DNA of 25,199 bases. Source: Azolla caroliniana. Its lineage: Eukaryota; Plantae; Polypodiophyta. Below, piece after piece: positions 18,711-25,199 of the stretch. The notes below the pieces were generated by a model that was given only the letters and a program-made list of their open reading frames with translations, did not search any database and was not told the DNA's origin. Made by a program: the position numbers and the translations under genes. The stretch's first letter is position 1. Each line of letters opens with the position of its first letter. The DNA lies in the NCBI GenBank assembly GCA_043228905.1, contig JBHGNT010000442.1:1-25199 (forward strand). Reading direction: 5' to 3'.

Positions 18711-19971
18711 TCGCGGGCCAGTGTTCTCCGGCAAAAGTCTATTCTGGCGCATACCGGAGGATGTGCGGTTAGGTGGGGGCGAATGTCGTGGAGGAAACCG
18801 TACCTAGGAGGAATCGGCAGATGGTGTGCGTGAACTGGCCCTTACACACGAGCACATGTTTTGATATATTTACATACATAGTTAAGTACAGGCCGGCGAT
18901 GTAATTATCCTAGGTAGCACTAATTCATTAAGCAGGGAATCGAAGAGGATCCCTGTCCAAAAGGATAGAGAATAACAGTGATTTAACAGTCTGTAAACGA
19001 CTCTCTCTCCTTGTGCTATAAAAGGAGAGGAAAGGGGCCTAAGGGGGGGGGGGGGGGATCACGCATTTTAGAGAGGAGGAAGTGCTATCAGACTAGGAAC
19101 CGAGCTCTTTCCTCCACCATTGTTGTTTCCGGGATTTTGGGGGTTAGGTTGGCTGCCTCTGCTGCGTGAAAGCCCACATGCTTCCAGTAGAGGCTCCACC
19201 ACGTTGTGGGGTTTGCTACGCCCTTGCGTGCAGAAAGGAGGAGGGACCACGGGGGTCTTGGACCGAAGAGCAAGAGAGAGAGGAGTAAGAGAGAGAGACC
19301 CGATTACACAGAACCGAAGATTGCATAGGGACACGGCCCAACAAACAGAGATCACAAATAAACGCCGACGCAGATGGACGCAACAACGAAAGATATGTAC
19401 TTATGAATGCAAGAAAATAACAGACTAAAGTATTACAACCCACGGTGGGGCACGAAATAGATACTAACGAAAACGAACAGGGCGGCGAACAGATGCCGAC
19501 CCCTGTATGTCGCGACGCACAGAAAGGGAAAACAGGTCGGAGGTGCTGCAGGACGCGCTCGGGGCGTTCCACGGAACAACGCAAGCCTCCTCGAAACCTG
19601 CACAGGTACGCGATGGAGCAGAAGACAGAGAAGGCAGGAGTGAGAGAGAAGCTCCGAAATCGGTTCGGCAGCACTTCGTCCTCTCCGCGCAAGATACCCC
19701 ACTTCTAGTCTTCCTCCTCCTTTTATAGCCCGTCAAGAGGCCGTTTGGCTTTAACTGCATACCAACCGAATCTACCCACCTAGGATCCTCGTATGTACCT
19801 ACTTCGACCTTAGGTACTTCTTGGCGCGCGTGTGTGTGTAGAGCCGTTTCCCACGCCTTGTTCCTCCGATTCCTCTTGTGGGCGGTTTTCTTCACGACAT
19901 CCGCCCCCACCTAACCGCGCATCCACCGGCATGCGCCAAATTAAGTTGGCACGGAGAAAACCGGCCCGCCT

Positions 19972-22900
19972 TTACTCTTCGCCTGCCGGCCCTTCCTCGG
20001 CCTCGGATCGGCCGTCGCTGCTGTCCAGGAGAATCAGGTCGGGTTCGTCGTCGTGCCGCTTCTTGAAAGCTTTGATCCTCTTCCCGGCCACGGGTATCGC
20101 TATTCTCGTACTGTCGAGTTCCGCCAGATGATACGTCCCGTTGTCGTTGGCGCTTTGTACCGTGTACGGCCCGAACCATCTCCATGCGAACTTCCGCGTT
20201 GCTCGGTGCTGGTTGTCGAGGCTGCTGTCGTAGACGAGCACCCAGTCACCTTGTTCGATCTTCTTCGGTCGGAGTCGGTGCGTTCGGTCGAACCTGGCTT
20301 TGTTCTTTATCCTCGCCACTCGGATCCTTTCTGCAGCCGTCTCCACGTCCTCCGGTCTCCGTTCGAGTTGTCGTATACGCGCTGCCAACAACTCCTCCCG
20401 GCTCATCTCGTCCCTCCAGTCGACCGTTGCCCATGAGGAGATTGTTCGTTCCATCGGCATGATCGGCCCCTGGCCGAACATGAGCTCTGTCGGCATGTAC
20501 CCGGTTACCGAACTGTGCGTAGTCCGGTCGGCCCACAAAGCATAAGGTAGAAGTCGCGGCCAGTTACCGACTTGGCCTCCGCATGCCCGAACCAGCGCTT
20601 TAACGATCGGCCCGTGTCCGCGCTCCACCTTTCCATTCGCCTCCGGGTTGTACGCAGTGGTGAGCGAGAGTTTGACTCCCAGCCGATCGAACAGCTCCGC
20701 GGCTTCCTCGGCGTCCAACTCCCCTCGGTCAGCCACGATCTTCCCGACGCACCCGTACCGGCATATCACGTCCTCGATCAGGAACCGACACACGGCCGCG
20801 GTCGTCTTGTTCTGAAGGGCTCGGCCTTCCACCTGGTTCGTCAGGTCTTCCCGCGCTAGGACCAGATACCGCATCTGTCCTACCCCCATCGGCATCGTCA
20901 CCAGATCTACCATCCATTTGAAATGGATGGCCGGAGGGTACGTAGGGTGAAGCTCGTCTCGATGTCGGACTATGGAGTGCATCTGGCAGCTCTCGCAAGT
21001 TGTCACGAACCGATGCACGTCCTGGTACAATCCCGGCCACCAGTACTTCCCCTTCAGCTTCTCAAATGTCGCCCACGTTCCACGGTGTCCAGCCCAAGGG
21101 CTGTCGTGGTAGGCCGCCAGTAGCTCCTCCTGTTCTTCCTTCATCGCCACCACCCGGAGCGGGACGCCGTTCCTCTTCTTCGGGTGCTTCCACAAATGCC
21201 CATCTCGGAGAAAGAATCGATATGCTTTCTTCCGGATCCGGTTGGCCTCGTCCTTCGTCCATGACGCATCGGGCGTCATTGTCTTCAAAAACCCGCCGAT
21301 CTGCAGCCACTCCCCGTCGTACTTGCTCGCGTCGAACTCATTAAGCGCCGGAGTGCTCATCCCGTCGGTCGTTATGTATGCCGCCTCGAAGAAATCCACG
21401 CCGACTTCTTCGTCTTCCGAAACCATGCCGCCCTCGTCGTCGAACCTCGCCCTCGAAAGCATGTCGGCCATGGCGTTGTCTTTCCCGGAAATGTGTCGTA
21501 TTTCCGGGTCCAGGGACTTGATGTACGCTATCCACCTGAGCATCGCCAGGTCCGGAGTCGCGCATCCGGAAACCATACCGAGAATCGGCAGGCAATCCGT
21601 CTCGATGATCACTTCTGTCCCTATCAGGTAGTCTTTGTCGGCCTTAACCGCCGAAACAATACCCCAGAGTTCGCGTTTAACCTGGGCGTATCCTTGCTGC
21701 CGTTCACTGAGGACTTTCGCGCCGAATCGGATCGGAAACCGATTGCCGTCCTCGTCTTCCTGGTTCACGACCCATCCGATCCCGGTCGGACTGGTATCCA
21801 CCGTTATGAATACCGGGGTACCCTTCCCGTATACCGCCTTCCGGAGTGCCGGTGCCGCTGCAAGGGCCTCTTTCAGCTTCCGGACCGATTCCGCGTGCTC
21901 GTCTAGCCATTCGAACCTTCGCCCCTTTTTCAGCAACCCGTACAGTGGCTCCGCGACGTGTGCGTAATGCGGGATCCATATGTGGTAGAACGTGCATGCC
22001 CCCAGGAATCTCCGTACTTCCGTGACCGAGCTGCAGTCGGGCTTCATCGCGGAGATGGCTTCTACCTTTGCCGGAGACGGTTTCCGGCCATATGGTCCGC
22101 ACAGGTGTCCGACCACCATGATTTCTGACTGCCCGAAGGCCGACTTCTCCCCGGAGAAGGTGAGTCTCGCATCCTCTAGCCTTTGCAGCACCTTCTCGCA
22201 GTCGTCGATGTGCGCCGCCACGAATCGCCGGCATCCGTCCGGCCCGATCGTCTCGTCCTTTTCTTCCACCGGGCATCCCTTGATCGGGATGTCGTCCAGA
22301 AACGGCATGGTGATGTCCGGGATACAGTCCCTCAGAACCTTGTTCATCGCATTCACCATGTGGGCCACCGAGTTGGTCCCTCCTTGCGGCAGTGTACACA
22401 TCCGAACTAGGCCGAGGGGAGTTCGCATCGTCGTAATGTCTCTGCTCTCCACGGCTAGCTGGAACTGGTCGTACCCTGAGTATAGATCCCCGACCGAGTA
22501 AATTGACCTTCCGGCGAAGGCCTCCGCGAACTCGTCTATGGTCGGTCCGATCCCTGCGTTCCGAATGGTCACTCGATTGACCGGCTGCAGGTCCTGGATG
22601 AAGCGCAACGAACCGTTTTTCTTCGGTACGGTAAACCATCGATTCGAATATGGGGCGCTCGACGGCTCGAGAATTCCCATATCAACTTTCTGCCTCAGCA
22701 GCTCCATCAACTTCGGGATGTGAGCTCTCGGAACCGGGATTGGCTTGAGATTCCATGGTACATGCGGTACCGTGAATATCACCATCGGCTCCACGATCGT
22801 CGGGTCAACGCACCCGATTTCCTCCGGCGAGAATGCGAAGGCTTTCCCGTGCCTTCCGAGCATTCTCCGAAACCGGTCTTCCTCCGCCGGCAGTAGGAAC

Positions 22901-23463
22901 CCGCCCCCACCGATTTTGAGCTCTCGGAGCGTCTCGTCGGTGAAGGTGTGTCCTATGCAGGCCGGATCTCGTAGACTAGGGTCCGATGCAACCCCTTTGA
23001 TTCTCGACGCGCTGTCCTCCGGTAAGGGTGCCGCGACTGGCCTTACCTTCCGGTCCACAGTCTTGTACTTGGTGCTTACGTGGGCCGTCCGAACCGACTC
23101 GAGCCCTCGACCGAAGTCCGCGATGACTTCGTACATCTCTTCGGAACACACCGGTATCGTCCGGTCTTCGTTAAGGCCTTCTTCGACTACCTTTCCCAGC
23201 ATTCCCAAGGTGTCGTCGAATGAGACCGCCTCCACGGCTCCGTTGATTTCCTCGTCAGGGCCGAGAACTCCGCACGCTCGAAGTCTCCCCTCCGCCTTTG
23301 TCTTCTCTCGGCCGCCGATGCCGGCTATCGTACACGCTCCGTTGCCGGAGAACAAAAATTCCCTACCTATGGTACAAGGTTTCTTCGGTTTTATCGTACA
23401 GGTGTGGGGTTTTCCCGGGGTGTCCGGACTGTCGCGGCCCCACGCCTTGGCAGCCCTCTCTAA
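19972..23463 (-). CDS. pol: Element F pol (RT, RNase H, integrase with HHCC, DDE and GPY motif; no chromodomain), open frame reached by predicted -1 frameshift
   Basis: The 1127-aa ORF extends without a stop upstream to the slippery site (GFLERAAKAWGRDS...). Motifs: GDLYSGYDQ, LPQGGTNS, FLDD, VDTS, HDSPWAGH...CESC, VDLV/ADRGE/KVERGH, WFGPY. Confidence 0.93.
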   Translation of the reverse strand, partial: LERAAKAWGRDSPDTPGKPHTCTIKPKKPCTIGREFLFSGNGACTIAGIGGREKTKAEGRLRACGVLGPDEEINGAVEAVSFDDTLGMLGKVVEEGLNEDRTIPVCSEEMYEVIADFGRGLESVRTAHVSTKYKTVDRKVRPVAAPLPEDSASRIKGVASDPSLRDPACIGHTFTDETLRELKIGGGGFLLPAEEDRFRRMLGRHGKAFAFSPEEIGCVDPTIVEPMVIFTVPHVPWNLKPIPVPRAHIPKLMELLRQKVDMGILEPSSAPYSNRWFTVPKKNGSLRFIQDLQPVNRVTIRNAGIGPTIDEFAEAFAGRSIYSVGDLYSGYDQFQLAVESRDITTMRTPLGLVRMCTLPQGGTNSVAHMVNAMNKVLRDCIPDITMPFLDDIPIKGCPVEEKDETIGPDGCRRFVAAHIDDCEKVLQRLEDARLTFSGEKSAFGQSEIMVVGHLCGPYGRKPSPAKVEAISAMKPDCSSVTEVRRFLGACTFYHIWIPHYAHVAEPLYGLLKKGRRFEWLDEHAESVRKLKEALAAAPALRKAVYGKGTPVFITVDTSPTGIGWVVNQEDEDGNRFPIRFGAKVLSERQQGYAQVKRELWGIVSAVKADKDYLIGTEVIIETDCLPILGMVSGCATPDLAMLRWIAYIKSLDPEIRHISGKDNAMADMLSRARFDDEGGMVSEDEEVGVDFFEAAYITTDGMSTPALNEFDASKYDGEWLQIGGFLKTMTPDASWTKDEANRIRKKAYRFFLRDGHLWKHPKKRNGVPLRVVAMKEEQEELLAAYHDSPWAGHRGTWATFEKLKGKYWWPGLYQDVHRFVTTCESCQMHSIVRHRDELHPTYPPAIHFKWMVDLVTMPMGVGQMRYLVLAREDLTNQVEGRALQNKTTAAVCRFLIEDVICRYGCVGKIVADRGELDAEEAAELFDRLGVKLSLTTAYNPEANGKVERGHGPIVKALVRACGGQVGNWPRLLPYALWADRTTHSSVTGYMPTELMFGQGPIMPMERTISSWATVDWRDEMSREELLAARIRQLERRPEDVETAAERIRVARIKNKARFDRTHRLRPKKIEQGDWVLVYDSSLDNQHRATRKFAWRWFGPYTVQSANDNGTYHLAELDSTRIAIPVAGKRIKAFKKRHDDEPDLILLDSSDGRSEAEEGPAGEE

Positions 23464-23469
23464 AAATCC
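23404..23469 (-). promoter_or_regulatory. Predicted -1 frameshift signal, element F
   Basis: GGATTTT at 23469-23463, the same 6-nt spacer length, stem GGGCTGCC/GACAGTCC, and GTGGGG/CCCCAC at the same offset as in E. Confidence 0.75.
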
Positions 23470-24408
23470 TCTCGGTTATCGGAACCGAGGGAGTCGCGGT
23501 TACGCTCGTGGTTCGGCCTAACCGTCAAAAACTGGACCGAATGGCGCCCGTCCTGGCTCTTGACCCGCGCATAGGCCGAACCATTGTCCAGCACCTTGGT
23601 CTCCATTCGCGCCGCCGTGATGTACGGCTCTCCCAGTATGACCGGATGCGAGGACGTCTCCTGCACGAAGAAGTGCTGGTCAATCTCGACGTCGCCGATC
23701 TTGACTCGCACATTCGGACAGGCCCCGTGCAGTTCCTCGGTGGCGCGCGTTGCTGCCCTTATTTTCCACCCGTGCTTGGTGTTGATCGGCCATTTGCCCT
23801 TCTTATAGAAGTCCATGGACATCAAATTGATCTCCGATCCGTGGTCTACCAAAGCTATCACCGGTTCCTGGACATCGCCGATCTTCACCGGGGTTTCCGT
23901 GGTCGCTCGGGCCCAGTGCGGTCTCGAATAGTGGCTTTCCGCCCACTCGTCTCCCAGCGCCATGTCGTCTAGGTGCGTCGTCCGTACTTCCACCGGTCTT
24001 TCCGGTTCTGTCTCCGTTGACAGCCTCTTCCGTTTCACCAAGTCCACGATGGAGTCGTGGAACTCCTTCTTGGCGATTCCCAGCACCTCCCGTAGCGACA
24101 GCTCCACCTTGCTGTCGAGGATCCGTTCCTCCAGGACCTTTCGTAAGTCCGTGGTTCTTTCTATCTCCGTCCCCAGACGGTACCCGCCCTTCTGGGGTTT
24201 ATCTTGCGTACCGGCCCCGCCGGCTTCGTCCCGTCGTGGCCCGGACCGGGTCTCGTATCGTTGTGAGGGCCCGGTCGTCCCGGGTTTCCCCACCCGCTTC
24301 TCTTCTACCAGAGCCTCGTAGTTCCGGCAAGCGGCTTCCACGAAGCCCGTCTTTTCCTCGACCGGGTCGCTCCACCCGGTCATCTCCCGTACCCGTTTCT
24401 CCGCACGG
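23460..24408 (-). CDS. gag: Element F ORF1 C-terminal part (Gag tail plus aspartic protease), cut by insertion G
   Basis: RAEKRVREMTGWSDP...ALVDHGSEINLM...VILGEPY...NREDF*, collinear with E 14283-15230. Confidence 0.88.
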
Positions 24409-25199
24409 TGTCGTGAAGAAAACCGCCCACAAGAGGAATCGGAGGAACAAGGCGTGGGAAACGGCTCTACACACACACGCGCGCCAAGAAGTACCTAAGG
24501 ACGAAGTAGGTACATACGAGGATCCTAGGTGGGTAGATTCGGTTGGTATGCAGTTAATGCCAAACGGCCTCTTGACGGGCTATAAAAGGAAGAGGAAGAA
24601 TAGAAGTCGATCATCTCCCGCGGAGAGGACGAAGTGCTGCCGAACCGATTTCGGAGCTTCTCTCTCACTCCTGCTCTCTCTGTCTTCTGCTCCATCGCGT
24701 ACCTGTGCTGGTTTCGAGGAGGCTTGCGCTGTTCCGTGGAACGCCCCGAGTGCGTCCTGCAGCACCTCCGACCTGTTTTCCCTTTCTGTGCGTCGCGACA
24801 TACAGGGGTCGGCAGCTGTTCGCCGCCCTGTTCGTTTTCGTTAGTATCTATTTTGTGCCCCACCGTGGGTTGTAATACTTTAGTCTGTTATTTTCTTGCA
24901 TTCATAAGTACATATCTCTCGTTGTTGCGTCCATCTGCGTCGGCGTTTATTTGGGATCTCTGTTTGTTGGGCCGTGTCCCTGTGCAATCGTCGGTTCTGC
25001 GCAATCGGATCTTCGGTTCTGTGTAATCGGGTCTCTCTCTCTTTCTTCTCTCTCTCTTGCTCTTCGGTTCGAGACCCCCGTGGTCCCTCCTCCTTTCTAC
25101 ACGCAAGGGCGTTGTAACCCCGACATCTTGGTGAACCCGACGTGAAAGAGGCGGCAGAAGAGTAGGAAATGAAAGGGGCGGATCTTGCAGAGGCCAGTG
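24409..25199 (+). mobile_element. Ty3/gypsy element G, 5' end (5' LTR 24409-25125, tRNA-Trp PBS 25129-25146, gag ATG 25169)
   Basis: LTR TGTCG...CGACA closely matches the reverse complement of the F LTR. PBS is the same as in E. MKGADLAEA resembles the E gag start MRGSELAEA. Confidence 0.92.

Larger units (their letters stand above)
12467..19204 (+). mobile_element. Ty3/gypsy element E (non-chromovirus, possibly Phygy-like), decayed; 3' LTR interrupted by F
   Basis: 5' LTR 12467-13093 (TGTCATG...CATGACA; an alternative end is 13097), PBS at 13101, gag-PR and RT-RH-IN order, PPT 18768-18783, 3' LTR 18784-19204 matching 12467-12877. Confidence 0.93.
19205..24408 (-). mobile_element. Ty3/gypsy element F (same coding family as E), 3' part; interrupted in ORF1 by G
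   Basis: 3' LTR 19205-19899 (minus TGTCGTGAAG...CCCCACA), PPT 19900-19916, intact pol, protease end of ORF1. Confidence 0.95.

Noticed and set aside
19043-19057. G15 run as a functional G-quadruplex
   Set aside because: The sister LTR has only G7 (12724-12730); slippage or homopolymer sequencing error explains it.
20053-23972. Long antisense and alternate-frame ORFs over F pol (e.g. 311, 258 and 224 aa)
   Set aside because: Expected shadows of a GC-rich, codon-biased ORF; no recognisable motifs, mostly non-ATG starts.
24017-24844. ORFs spanning the F/G junction, including the MCVEPFPTP start of the 338-aa ORF
   Set aside because: These are chimeric read-throughs created by insertion of LTR G at 24409.

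Overview
Eukaryotic, repeat-rich DNA, most likely from a non-seed land plant such as a moss (inferred from the plant-type tRNA primer sites, the telobox and the transposon families). Positions 1-4707 look like one end of a CACTA-type DNA transposon. It carries a spliced minus-strand gene (at least 445 codons, five in-phase exons, RING-H2-like finger). One intron is a 2.2-kb satellite built from the same 14-bp palindrome (TAGCTAATTAGCTA) that sits beside the CACTA terminus; another intron is a telobox (AAACCCTA) array. From about 5430 to the end is a nest of retroelements. An old Ty1/copia (A) has a LINE in its LTR, and its gag is interrupted three times: by solo LTR B1, by an RT-less Tork-like copia C with a CTAAA TSD, and by LTR B2. 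B2 contains copia D, which contains Ty3/gypsy E, which contains gypsy F (intact pol), which contains gypsy G: six levels deep. The gypsy family has a tRNA-Trp PBS, a Gag-protease ORF with a DHG active site, and a conserved G_GAU_UUU slippery site plus predicted pseudoknot for a -1 frameshift into RT-RH-IN. All three gypsy insertions follow a C-R-C-G-K flank. Everything was read by eye; no searches were run.
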